Below, one piece after another: positions 12,697 through 26,266 of a DNA stretch of 64,000 nt. The stretch comes from Pseudogymnoascus verrucosus (lineage: Eukaryota). The stretch lies in NCBI GenBank assembly GCA_001662655.1, contig KV460226.1; one strand, written 5' to 3'. Both the position numbers and the translations under genes were made by a program. Below the pieces are notes generated by a model. It made no database searches. It was not told the DNA's origin and was given only the letters and a program-made list of their open reading frames with translations. Every line of letters starts with the position of its first letter. Positions within the stretch are counted from its first letter, which is position 1.

Positions 12697-14314
12697 TTAG
12701 ATTTTAGACCAATTCTGGTTATCTAATCCTCTTGTCCCAGATATATCTCCATCGTCCAGATACCCACTAACCGTTCCCTTTGGATCCCACTTTCTCCTCA
12801 GTTTCATCAACTTCTCCGCTGCCTCATCTGTCCAAAATTTCGTCGTCCTGATCTGAAAGTCCGAATCCCCAAGATAAGCACCCTTAGACATCGGTGCGAC
12901 ATCCTTCATAATATTATTAACCCACCCTTTACACCTCACGTCATCCTCTACATTCTCCCAAACCGTATACAATGCAAAGTAGTGGTCACTTTGCATAGTG
13001 CACGCCATATCTGGCAATGGTCTTCTACTCATAGGAGCCATTGAAAACCAAAGCGCAAAACTCTTCGGATGGGGAAGTGTTGTAAATGCCTTCTCCAATA
13101 CAGCAGTCACATCCACATCATCGTTTATATACGCGTTCTCGGTGCAGTAGCGATGATTTGACGGATTTGCCTTGGCCTGGTCCTGGTATTGATCGGCGAC
13201 GCTGGTAGGTTGCGATATAACTTCGACTATGGCTCCAGCCGGATGAGAGTCGTTTAGTGGTCGCAAGGCTTCGCAGGCTGCAGATTCAGATTCTTGGAAT
13301 GTGACAATATGTACCATTATACAGATTTCGTCAATTCCTTCGGGTATGAGACTTACGGCTACGATTTCGTTGCCTGGGTCAGATGTGGGTGAGGCCTAGA
13401 AGATTTTGTTAGGTCCAGAATGTTTCGTTATGTCAACCAAAAGGAAAGGAATGGAGTATGCGTGTATATAATATACGAAAGTGGATAAGTGGCGTAATAG
13501 GAGTAACAAAGAAATTGTTGTTACCTTAATAACCCAATCCATCACGATTTTATACTCAGAGATCGGATATATGAATGTAGACCTATACATGGCTGCAGGC
13601 TTCGGGCGGACGTTTAGATAAAACCTTGTGACAATTGCTGGAAACCCTGTAGTCGTGTTATAAAGAACAGTTCTATTAAGGTACCAGATATAATCTTACC
13701 TGGCCCAGCACCTCGAGCACACCATAAAAGTTCTGCATTTTCAGTCTCGTTGCAGTGTAGGATTTCACCAGCAGCAGTCACAACATCAAGGCCGACGATT
13801 TGCTCGCAAGCCCATCCCCAATTCTAGATCTCTCCGTTATTAAATGATTGAAAGTTCCGTAAACGAGTCGTACCTTGCAATTCCACCCCATTCCACCTTG
13901 CAGCAAGAAACCACCAATCCCAACATCAGGACAGTGCCCACCCCCAAACATGAAGCCCCTCTTTCCAATAATTTCATTGAGCATAATTCCTGTAGTACTT
14001 GGTGACGCCTTTACGATTCTCTTGCTCTCATCAAGCTCAACTTCGTTCAGGCCCTCCAAGTCAATGAGAATTGCGTCATCACGAACACTCCATGCTGCCC
14101 AGCTGTGACCCCCAGACCTCACCGATACTCTGCATTGTAACTGATTTGCCAATTGAACAGCTTCTTGCACATGCGATGGGTGGGTTACTTTAACTATCGC
14201 TCGTGGATACCGATTCGGTTTTATGGCATTAAAAACGCGATCGACACGTTCTTTTTCGTAGACATTGGCGTCGGCGGAATCTCTCCAGGTGATGAACATT
14301 GCGGGAGTTGCCAT
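12697..14314 (-). CDS. FAD-linked oxidase (FAD_binding_4 / berberine-bridge / 6-hydroxy-D-nicotine oxidase-like)
   Basis: Four exons. Motifs VSVRSGGHSW (flavinylation His), GGHCPDVGIGGFLLQGGMGW, LLWCARGAGPGFPAIVT, LRRKWDP. Confidence 0.88.
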
Positions 14315-14774
14315 TGTGAGGATTTAATCTGACAGTATAAATGATATGATGAAAATCAATTGCTTGAGGTGTCCTTTTAAGATATTTTAATTGCTTTCTG
14401 CAGCTAATGGGATGAAATCGTCAAATCCTAGAGCCTCGGGGCCCATACTGTGAGTTTCCGAGATCGGCTCCCCCACACCCCACAGTTTCGTTAGAACCCC
14501 CCTGTCAATAATCCCCCGCATTCCGATCGTGCGGGGTGCGGTAACTCGACTCGGCATTAGTGAGCTTCCCCAGTTTCTCCCAGACGCGTTTACCTCTCTA
14601 CTCACTTTGGAACTTAAATACTCATTCCATCACCCGAGTTCTCGGTGGCCTAGACCCCATGAACTATTACCTTACTAAAGTTTATTTTGGTTGCCTATAT
14701 TATCTAGTCGGAAGATCGTCTTACACCTAGACCGAAAAGCACTGTAGTTGCTGCCCCATCGACAAGCCTGCGCA

Positions 14775-16723
14775 ATGTCAGGTACAACAGAACCCATTCG
14801 GACGAATGATGGAGCCAAGGAACCACTTACGAAAATCCAAACCCTTGGGAGTGTCCGCCAGCGCGACGAGCACACCAATGAGATCATCCTTATTCCGACT
14901 CCTTCACGGGATCCCAATGATCCCCTAAACTGGTACGTGTGGCATCTATTTTATATCAATTCAACTGCGCTCATTAATGTATGTACTAGGAGCCAGAGAA
15001 GGAAGTACTACATGGCGACCCTGATTTGTATCGCAATGTTTATGTGCAATTTCCTCGCAGCTGGGCCAACCGTCTCTATTATTGAAACTGCGATGGACTT
15101 TTTCCCTACAGCTGGCCGAGCTGGCATGCCTGGTGCAATTGCGAAGACTGCTTATTTCTTTACTACCACTGCACTACTCCAAGGCACCGGCAATATCTTG
15201 TGGATGCCGTTAGTTAACAAGTATGGACGACGACCCATATACCTCGCAAGCTTTTCCTTGTACTTTGCCACTGCGCTCTGGCTCTCCTTCACAACGTCTT
15301 ACGCTAGCTTCTTGGCTGCTCGTATATTGATGGGGTTTTCTGCTGGCGCTGCTGAGACTATGGCCCCTTTGTCTATTGCTGACGGAAAGTTAATCTATCC
15401 CCCATGTGCTAGATTACTGGCTCATTATTATAGTATTCTTCCTTCATGAACGTGGAGCTGTTATGGGGTAAGTCCAAATCCCAACCCATCAACATGAAAT
15501 AATTATTGAACATAGATAGTATGTATTCGTCAGCTCTTTCATGTGGTGTTGCAGGAGGTATCATTATTTCTGGGTAAGTCTATATCCCAAAATTGTTAAT
15601 GATACGCTCCCTCCCCATCTTATAACATAACAACTATATATGGAAACTACATATCAAGTCCTCTTGAAAGTTCCTAACAACAGCCAGACTCATCACCATT
15701 CACAACACCTGGCGCACCATCTATTATGTAGCAACTGCTTTAATAGGCGCTCTTCTGCTCCTCGTTTTTTTAACCTTCCCCGAAACAAGCTACAACCGAG
15801 ATCCTTCTATGGTCAACATCTCCGAGGCATCACTCGCACAGGAAAAACCTGGCTGCTCCGGTGAATATTTGGAGTCCGAGAGTATCCCAGCTACCCCAAA
15901 ACGCAAGTCCTACCTACAAGAACTCAAAATATATTCTGGGACCTATACGTCGGAAAAACTTTCCCATCTTTTTATCCGGCCACTTGCTCTGATAATTCTT
16001 CCCCCGGTGTTATGGGGCTCCCTCGTCATGTCAGTCACCATCGGGTTCCTGGTGGCAGTGACATCCAACGTCGCACCAGCGTACAATACTGCATACGGAT
16101 TTCAGCCGTGGCAAACCGGTCTCTGTTTTTTCTCTGCCATAGTCGGCTCACTGGTTGGCATATATATGGGAGGGCATTTGACCGACAAGATGGCAGACTG
16201 GTTCACGAAGCGGAATGGCGGCCTCAGAGAACCCGAGATGAGGTTACCAAGTATTGTGGTTAGTTTGATTACCACGCCACTTGGATTGGTTCTATTTGGG
16301 GTTGGAATCCAGTACAAACTCCATTGGATGTGTCCTACCGTTGGCTTGGGACTACGTAAGTTGTCACATATGCGCTCTGCCAGCTAGCTGCTAACTTGCA
16401 AAGTAAATTTTTCAATCGTCCAAGCAACAAATGTTTCCCTTGTCTACACTATCGACTGTTATCGCCCTATTGCAGGCGAGGTTACCGTTACATCCATGGC
16501 ATTGAAATCTTGTTTCGGCTTCTTACTTTCTTTCTACACCAATCCTTGGATTGATAAGGTTGGGTATTTAAACGCTTATGGGACTATGGCTGGTATCTCT
16601 GTGGCAGTCCTGCTGTGTGGTATACCTCTTTACATCTTTGGAAAGAAGATCAGACATGCATCGTGGAATTGGGGCATGGTTAAGGTAGTGCATTGGAATG
16701 ATGATAGAGAGGTTGGTGAATGA
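14775..16723 (+). CDS. Major facilitator superfamily transporter
   Basis: Multi-exon. Motifs LIPTPSRDPNDPLNW, KYGRRPIY, IAD/VFFLHERG, FPETSY, RNGGLREPEMRL, plus multiple hydrophobic segments. One intron requires a GA donor (see findings). Confidence 0.88.
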
Positions 16724-17008
16724 GGTCAAATCCACCTACTTATTTATTCTACATATCGAATGCCAATATAGCAGCCGGTTTTGCTCCTCGCCAGAAATAA
16801 AATTTAAGTGCACTCTCCCTTAGCATCGATATCGTCGTCAATTTTTTAGATTCATTTAGCTATCATTAGCTGCTCGTAGACCCGCAATCTCCACATAAAG
16901 CAGGACAGGAGCGGAAAATCTTTCTGACGCCAATCAGTATCAAGACAGATTCGAGCAATACTCCCCAAAGTATAGGTGCACGCAAGTACCTACCCGACTT
17001 TCTGTTGT

Positions 17009-19251
17009 TCACAACGATGTGATACAGCCATCTAAAGCCCACTGGAAGACCTGGAAGTATGCCCAAACGCTGCCTTGTCGAGATTTCCAATACCCTGCCA
17101 AAAGGTCATGCGTGGTCAAGATTTGCTCGCGCCACCCCTGTGGCATCTTGATGTGTTCGATCGCGTTGGGTTGCAGCTCATGCCGCGCTCTATCCGCAGC
17201 CAGCAAAATTAGGGCGCACGTCGTCGAATTTGGCAGCTGGAACCAAAGACCATGATGGCGGTACTGTGGCGGTACTGCCTGAAGACGGAACATGCAGTAC
17301 TGTAAGCCTTGAGATGCAATACCGCCGACCTTGGCGAGAAGCTCAGATGGCATATTACTCAAGTCGTTATTTATTACGAGCTCAACGAATGGTCGGCAGC
17401 ACAGTTCACGGATGCCGAGGTAGCGAGCTCGGAGAAGCTGGTTGATCTCGTCTTCCAATGGCTGTATGGTGCCGAATGGATGTGGAAACTTGATGCTCGG
17501 TGGCAGGGATAAGTACCAATCATTAACCTGAGTTTCGAACATCTCGAGGTCTCTAAGCATCCTCTCAATCCCAGCTGCTGAAGGGTCGAGTATTTTCAAC
17601 TGAGTTGCCTCTATAATTCGATTTATAAGATGTCGACAGGCAATCTCCGCAAGGTAATAGTACCAAGTCCTTCTCTCACCATGGATGTCCTCACCTACAA
17701 CCAGTTCGCGGTCAATGTTTGGTGGGAAGGGGAATGTGTATGGGTAATCCATCCTTTCGAGAATAGACTTTGGCAATGACAATTCGATTGTAAGCTCACT
17801 AGAAGCATGTTAGTTCTGGATTTTCACTGTAGATGGGCTTAGACGACCAAATTTTAGTATAGTTCATGATATAGAAGGAATATGATTATTGATGGTATCA
17901 GACTAATATAGACCAACTTACCACTCTGATTTGAAACACGTGAAGTATAGACTTTGCTCACGGGTCAACGACTGTTCTTGTCCATACTCATTGTCAGTTG
18001 CCATAAAAGCAAGTCTATATGAAAAGGTCAGCATGGGTAAGACGAGGCAAGACCGGAATATAGCACCTTGAGTTAGTCATAGAGTACCAAGTATTACTCG
18101 CAAGAGCGAAGTACTTCCATCCTTGCAAAGGTTGCATGTTACACATGTACCAAATTCTGTTGCTGCTTTAGTTGTCATAACAAGATACTATTTTGTAGTT
18201 CCTGTAAAGGAGAGAGTGATCAGATCATACATACCCCGTTAGACATAAGCATTGTACAGATTCTATGTTATTCTGTCCAATGACGAATCCAAGTCGCTTC
18301 ATTGCAATATCCCAGTATTTGAATGCCTCATCATGTGGCAAACAGGACCCCGAAATCCTGTCTGGTGTGTATGCATGGGTATACTCTTCCGAAATGGCTC
18401 CTAGGGCGCAGACCATGGAGACCAAACACGTCCGCGCCGACCAGTCGAGACCATGCTCAGCTACCTGGGAGATCAAGTCATGCAGAGTTACTAGGTCGAG
18501 AATCGGATTTTTGGCATGGACACAAGCAATGTATTTTGCTTCTAGCCTCGATAATTCGCATAATTCTAAACTAGGCAGCGAACTTTGTTGTGGGTAACTA
18601 ATATCGTCATCGACCATGGCTATCGAGTGTGGGCATGGTTGTGGAAAGACTCTCCACTTCAGCACTGAACGAAGGTTTGTGGGGAAAATATTTTGTAGAA
18701 GGCGATTCGTATCTCTCTCAGGCAGGCGTTCATCAGATTTGGTAGTTTTATAATAGTTATGACGACAGGTAGGCCTATAATTCTGTTGAATATCCTCGTA
18801 GGCGCCTGGTGAAGGTAACAAGTTTTGCTGATGGCATTGTTGCACCTGCTGGTGCTGGAAAAGATCTTTAATATGCTCAACTACCTGAAGCAGTTGAGGC
18901 ACGCCGTTGATATGTCTAATAAAGTAAGTAAAGGTATCAAGGGTTGGTAGGGGTTGGAATAGGCAGTGTAAAGCCGCCTACTAAAGGGAAAACACACAAA
19001 ATGGCCGCCTCGTCATCGTTAAGATAAGAACAAGTGGCACCGACCCTGGAACAATAACTGCATGTTGGTCTTAGGTTATCACACTTAGTCTTTCTATTCC
19101 TGCATACTTCACAAGCTGTGGGACCCCGTATGGTAGGCCTAAAAGGTCGAGATGTCTCCGAAATCTGATCCGCAAGCATCGCGGAGGCTCCGCGACGCGT
19201 TCCAATGCGTGCAGCTTTAGAAGGGCGAGAAGTAGGTGACGCTTCTTCCAT
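17009..19251 (-). CDS. Zn(II)2Cys6 transcription factor with fungal TF middle domain
   Basis: Binuclear cluster ACEVCRNRKTKCDNLRPTCSYCSRVGATC. Later exons VHAKNPIL, SVQCLCLTG, FTCFKSE, WYYYLAEIACRHLINRI can be spliced in frame with GT-AG introns. Confidence 0.9.
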
Positions 19252-20303
19252 GTTGTCTTGAGAAACTTTGTTGCGCAAGAGGCGGTCAATTATAACTACG
19301 ACAAGACGGGGTGGTAACCTATGGCACAACCAAAGCAAGAAGATAGAGAGTACGTCTGGGATGATATGTTTGCAGAGCACCGACCGCCATGCTCCACAGA
19401 CTCACAAAATCGTTACTACCAACTTAAATATTTGTGGTCGCGAAAAATTTGCCAGTTCACGCTCCGCCAAGCTCGAATGCGAGGTGGGGTAAAGTGGAGA
19501 AACTCGCTTTACCCACTCTGGTCCAGATGGAGCAGAGTCCCACGACTCCAGCTCAAACATAAAACAAGGGTGCACACATAGGGTCGATACAAATATTCAA
19601 CGAGCTAATTAATATTAGAAATATATATATATATACTCGGGTACCATGCACGATCCCAGGAAAGAGGCATATAAAAATAATTGTGTACTTCGCTTGTGAC
19701 CGAGGCGCCATAAGTCGTAAGCCTGTAACGTAACCCTATTTGAATGCTTTTAGATCCAGGTTACTAAAGGATTGTAATAATGCTGATATCTTCCTTTGGT
19801 GTCACCACCTAGTTGGCGAATGCGAGAGCACTGTACTTCAGGGTAGACTAACCATTGGCTGGCGACTATGTGGGTAGCGATGTCACGGGATTCTTAAAAT
19901 AATTAAGGAGGTATAATCGTTATTATCGATCTTTTCCCCTCAAAAAACATACTTAAATCACTATCCCTGCGTATCCATACCATGGGGTACACGGTGTATG
20001 CGTAGAGCGGGGAATATCTGGCACAGCACTCCTCTAGTTCACAACTAGTCCGTCTAGTCTTTGACAGCCACCATCCCCACATTCTCGCTCTCTCGCGGAG
20101 ATTCCCCGGTCCCGTTTTTGCCTAGTCGTCGCCTGGCAATCCATTTTTCTGCATCCTGTTACTTAGACCCATACGTTGACATGATTTACTTCATAGCTCT
20201 ACTTAAGATGGCTCGTATTTCCTTCCTTTTTCTTCTTCCTGCATCTAACTATACCTCTACATCAAGGCGGTGCTCAAATATTTCTATTCTCAACTAATCC
20301 ACC

Positions 20304-22111
20304 ATGGGCATTCTCTCGAAGGAGCAGAACGAGAGTGAGATCGCTGCTGGCTCTACACTCGTTGCAGTATGTGGTTGCTTCCTTGATTATACTAAATGTA
20401 AGAGAGCTTGCTGATTCCCATATCTTTTAGGCTCTTCCACCAAATCCAAAACCATGGTATCGAACAAGACATCTTTTACGACTAAATGTTACTCTTCTTG
20501 TTCTCCTCGTTTCTGCTGCTTCCGTCGGCTTTGATGGTAGGCTATCCCGCTTTGGCGATCTGGGTGACTTAGATGTTGGTTCACAGAACTCAGCTAAATT
20601 GTCTTCATATAGGCTCTATGATGAACGGTCTTCAAACACTTCCACAATGGCGAGGCTATTTTGGACATCCCAACGGGGCACTTCTTGGAGCAATGAACGC
20701 AGTCTACCCCGTGGGAAAAGTATGTGGTCTCTTACCAGTCACATGGATCTCTGATCACTATGGAAGAAAAGCACCCATTTTGGCTGGCTTTATCCTGCTT
20801 TTGATCGGAACTGTTATTCAAACAGCTTCTCAGAATCTAGCAATGTTTATTGTCTCGCGTTTCTGGATTGGTGTCTCAACAGTCTTCCTCTCTCAACCCT
20901 GTCCAATTCTAGTCACAGAGCTGGCCTACCCGACTCACCGTGCCAAAGTCACTGCACTATACAACACATTTTATGCAAGTACTATCTTTCATATGGGTAG
21001 TGTCAAAAATTCTAACAGATTTCTAGTATGTCGGCGCAATTATAGCTGCTTGGTCGACTTATGGAACGTTTCGACTCGATTCTTCATGGAGCTGGAGGAT
21101 CCCGTCGGCACTTCAGGGAGCATTACCCTTGATTCAAATCAGCTTTTTCTGGCTCGTCCCCGAATCTCCTAGGTATACTCAAATCTCTCACCTCTCACTT
21201 AACGGAGCTGCAGTAAAGATTCTGATATGTCGCATAGGTGGCTTGTAGCCAAAAAGAGAATAGAGGAGGCGCGGAAAGTCCTAACCAAGCATCATGCTGG
21301 TGGAGATGTGACTTCACTCCTAGTCGAATTTGAGCTGAAAGAAATTGAAGAGAGTATCTCCTTTGAGGAAGTCGTCGTTTCCGAGTCGTCTTATATGGAT
21401 TTGATTCGAACTCCAGCGAACAGGAAGCGAACATTCATTGCCTTTGTCGTAGGATTCGGAGCACAGTGGAATGGGGGGGGTGTTATATCGTACTACCTAA
21501 CGCTCGTCCTCAACACCATTGGAATCACTTCCGTCGCCTCGCAAGCCCTAATTAATGGTTTGCTCCAAATTTTCAACTGGTTTGCCTCAGTTCTTGCCGG
21601 TGCGTTGATGGTTGATCGTTTAGGTCGTCGTACCCTATTTCTCTGGTCCGTGGGCGGTATGCTAGTCTCTTATATCATCTGGACCGCACTGTCAAGTTAC
21701 TTCAGCCGCACCCTTGACCAGAATTCTGGTAATGCAGTGGTGGCATTTATCTTCATCTACTACTTCTTTTATGACATCGCCTGGAATCCACTGCTTCAAG
21801 CATATACTGTGGAAATTTTCCCATATTCACTGCGCGGCCGCGGCCTCACCGTCACTCTCGGGTCGACCTACGTTGGGTTAATCGTTGGTCAATTTATAAA
21901 CCCTGTCGCGATGAAGGCTATTGGCTGGCACTACTATATTGTCTTCTGCTGTCTGTTAGGCATTCTCTTTGCAATTGTCTGGTTCATGTTCCCGGAGACG
22001 AAGGGCCACTCCCTAGAGGAAATTGCCCAGATTTTTGATGGCAAGAGACCTGATGCCACGGACGAGCTGAAGTATGCCAAGTCTACAGAGGCAAGGATCG
22101 AGTCGATCTGA
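20304..22111 (+). CDS. Sugar porter (lactose permease / cellodextrin transporter-like), intact
   Basis: Five exons. Motifs GFDGSMMNGLQ, DHYGRK, TELAYPTHR, WRIPSALQ, PESPRWL, DRLGRR, EIFPYSLRGRG, FPETKGHSLEEI. Confidence 0.92.
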
Positions 22112-22823
22112 TAAGAGGCGAACTTTGTACCCCAAAGCTCAAAGGTTTGGGTTGATACACGTGAAATACCCCATTCAGGTCTATGGAGAATAGAAATAGA
22201 GGCTTTGTTTACTTGGAAATTGTATACCTGGGCCCAACATTGAAGCATTCTATCTGCGTATATAGCACGTCAATGATAAATTGAAAGGTATTTCTTTTGA
22301 CTTCGTAAATTAAGAAACTATCTTCTCCATACCTTGGGGCTATTCTGACCAGTCACGTTTTCAGTGATGCTCCGACACTGCTACTGCTGTCTCTTAGTAA
22401 AAATGTGTCGTGGTTCTAATGTAGAGTTTGTTATAGAGGCGTCAACCGGAAGTCTGTATTTAAATTGAAACTGCCCGTAGATGCATTTGCCTGATCTAAA
22501 TCTCTATCTACGCGGGCGTTAATTTTAACCACCGAAAAATGCTAGGGTAGCTAAGTAACTGAGAGACCAGACCACTGGATTGTTGTGGGCAGTTTTCGAG
22601 CGGCGTTGAAAATATCTGCCTTGGAAGACCCTGCCTGTACATCCACCATCACCCGTTCGACAACTAGCCGTAGACTCCTAGAAAAGGGTCAATCGTCACA
22701 TCATATCACAGGGCAGCACTAATTTTCTGCAGAGAATATAGTCCTCTCAAATTATATTTCGGTCGAAAAATAACTATCAGTACCGGCACTGCTTAAAAAT
22801 TATCAAAACACCAACTTTTCGTC

Positions 22824-25620
22824 CTATAATCCACTCCATGTCGTAGTTTGTGCTACGCTCAAAGTACCACGTAAAGCTATATCGACACTACTCCTACCAA
22901 GCAACACGCCATATTCGCCCTCTTCACAGACCCACGCGTTGAGAATCTCATCCCAGAATGACAACGCAAAGCGATCAAGGGCGATTTCCACCTCCTGGCT
23001 CTCCGCTGCCTTCAGAAACACCTTGGCAAAGCCTTTTAGCTCTTTCTGGGGTCGTGAGATTGAGCAGTTCTGTGTATCTGGTGCTATATACAATTGTACA
23101 ACCTCAGCGCCATCGCGTGTCCCCGTGTTGGTCACTGTAAGTCGCACACTATTTCGTGAAATACGTAGGCACGAGAAGGAGAACGTTGTATAGGAGAGTC
23201 CGTGACTAGAAACGAAATAGTAAGCATGCTAGTACGTGCAGTTCCTTGCAGCAGTGGTGGAAAACAGTCCATGATCTTAAAAGGGGCGGGGGCGTGAAAT
23301 ATGCTTGAAAGGTGACTGGACTTAACTTACCCAAATGGGAACAGAACGTCGCGTTCAAGCTTCTCATAATACCGGTAGCCAACATAGACGTCTTCGCCGT
23401 AGATGACGCGTCCACGTTCGCTAGTAAAGTTTAAGAAAGCTGGATTGTCGCTCAGCTTCCGTGGGAAGGATAGCGGTAGGCGCGCGCTAGGATTTATGTT
23501 CCCAAATAAAACGTCAGAGATGCCGTTTCCAGTCTCATTACCATTATACCAAGCGTGCACTTGAGTTGTAGCGGCTCCAGTAAAAGGCAACATGTTAATA
23601 GGTGTACCGCTTTGAGTAATGATTACTGTGTTTGGGTTTGCTTTTAACACTGCGCTTATAAGTTTCGAGACGTTGCCTGGGAGGTCCATGGTTTTCCTGT
23701 CAAAGCCCTCACTTTCCCAGTCTTTCTATACGACGAAGGGAAGAGCGTTAGCCTATAACTACATCTGTAGAGTTTTGGGGCATTGGCTACTTACTGATAG
23801 CCCGGCGCATAGCACAACACATTTGCTTGTCGCAGCAAGCTTCGCGGCCCGCTCAATACCTTCTTCCTCATTCATCTGAAGAATTGCTCCAATACTTCCA
23901 GCGCCGCCAGGAAAGGCAACCATGCCAGGTCGGACAACCTTCGACGTAGGACTGCTTCCAAACTCCAATCTAATGTTGTATGTCTTTCCTTCTTCTACTT
24001 GAACCGTGCCTTTCTCCTCTGCAGTGCCTTTGCCAAAGAACGAGTCTCCAAACCTCTGGTTCTCTGTGTTTTCAATAATTAATTTGTCATCAATGTAGAG
24101 ATTTCCTGATCCGTACAATGTAATACCAAACTCAAAAGTTCCTGTAGAAGGTGCAGTAAATATCCCTTCGAGACTTGCATAGTACAGTATTCCTAGCCGA
24201 GGATGTCGATAGTCCATTAACTGAAATGAGGTGTCCGGAACATGGACTTGATCGATCATTTCTCGGCCCTTAACTGAAGGAGGGTCGATATAAAATGACA
24301 TAATAGCGCCTTGTTGACCGTCTGGCGCTGTTATATTTGGACCTAGAGTTGGAAGATATCTATGCGCATATGCCCCTAGTTCGTACTGAATCTTGACGCC
24401 TTCCTCTAAAGCGTTGGAAATTCCTTGGTACAAACTGACAGTGTAGTATGGCTCCAACCTAGCACTCCCTCCTCCGCAAAATGCTACATCTTTGATCCCA
24501 GGACCAATAAGTGCGATCTCGTGGATGTTTTTGGAAAGTGGCAGAACCGAGTTTTCGTTTTTCAACACAATGACGCTGTTAGCTGCGAGGTTACGATTAA
24601 TAGCGCGGTCTTCGGCGTAATCTCGCTTTCCCTCTATGGGGGAGACTTTGACCTGACTTGCATGTTTAACGAAGTTTAATACATTCCGTACACGAGCGTC
24701 GATTGTAGAGTTGGTAACCTTTCGCGACGATACAGCAAGCTCTGCTATGCTTCCCCGCCACCTTGTTGGACCTGGCATTTCGAGGTCAAGTCCAGCATCC
24801 AATGCTTTCGAGGTTGAGTAAGTTCCAAGCCTTTACAAGTATCAGTAGTTTCCCGCAAAGAAATTGCACAAATATACTCACCAGTCACTCATGACTAGCC
24901 CTTTCCAACCCCACTCTCCACGTAGAATATCCTCGATGAAATGTCTACTTTCTGCAACATGTTCTCCGTTGACTTTATTGTATGCAGTCATAACAGCGCC
25001 AGGAGAACTATCGGCAATAGCTATTTGAAATGGCAACAAGTAGATCTCCCGCAGGGCCCGCTGACTAATGATGGCGTTTACGGCCATACGTTCGTGTTCT
25101 TGGTCATTTGCAACAAAGTGCTTGATAGTAGCAATAGTGCCATTTGATTGTGCACCGTTGATATAGGACCCAGCAAGTTTGCCAGATAGGTAAGGATCCT
25201 CGGAAAATGATTCGAAACCCCGACCCCCAAGTGGCGATCGTTGTATATTCGTAGTAGGACCAAGCCAGCAATGGACACCTTTAGCATAACATTCTTTGCC
25301 TAGTAAGACTCCAGCCTCGTATAGAAGCTTTGAGTCCCAGGTGGACGCTAGTGCAGTCCCGCAGGGAAGGCACGCTGAAGGGACGCTATTGAAGAACTTC
25401 GTGCCGCGAATGCCGTTAGGGCCATCACTTGTACGAATTGAAGGGACGTTAAATCTCTCGAGGGGCTGCGTATGCCAGAAATCTTTCCCTAGAGTATGGC
25501 ATATATTAGAACTGAATGTTGAAATTTGAGTCTAGATCGCATACCGCTGAGCAAAGAGATCTTTTCTTGGATAGAGGCATTTCGAATAACGTCTTCGACA
25601 TCGAAAGGGGGGTTTTCCAT
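22824..25620 (-). CDS. GH3 beta-glucosidase with PA14 and Fn3-like domains, probably intracellular
   Basis: Five exons. Motifs [38 protein letters not shown] (nucleophile Asp), [55 protein letters not shown]. No obvious signal peptide. Confidence 0.93.
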
Positions 25621-26266
25621 ACTTAAGGATCAACCACAGAAACAAATCGTTCTGAATGTTACCAAAAGGCAGAAAATAGAGAGGAAGGGAAGAATGAAGA
25701 TGACGCTAAAGATTAAGTACTTGAAGGGATTGAGTGAAGGGATCAGGTGCACAAACAGTTTTATATTAGCAGGCTATCGAATATAGCACTCTCTTAGTCA
25801 GTTCTCTGATATCCGCAAAATTCACTACAAAGCAGATACGATGGTGGGTGAGCTGGACATTGGTCTAGAATTAGAGGGGCAGTCAGAGTAGAGCCGCGGA
25901 CCCTCCGCGACGCTAATGCTGCGATTTGTTTTTAGCTTCAGGTATGCCAGGACATAGTACGGGTTTATGTGGAGTCCCGAACGCGGAGTCGCGGACGTCC
26001 TACGAGGCTAAAATCGGCCAATATTGCCAGGAGTATTGCAAAAAGTATGATGCTTACTGAATATTCGCAGATTGCAATGGAAATGGAATGTGATTCATTA
26101 CATGCAAAATCTACTAGCTTATGCCATGATTTTATAATCCTACGTTTCTATCGTAACAGTACTGCCTCTCAATTTCTAATATATTTATCAGGTAGGTGGC
26201 CGTAGTAGCTTTTAAGAGCCTAAACAGGTTTAAGATGATTATCTACCCAACTCCTTTCTGTTCATA

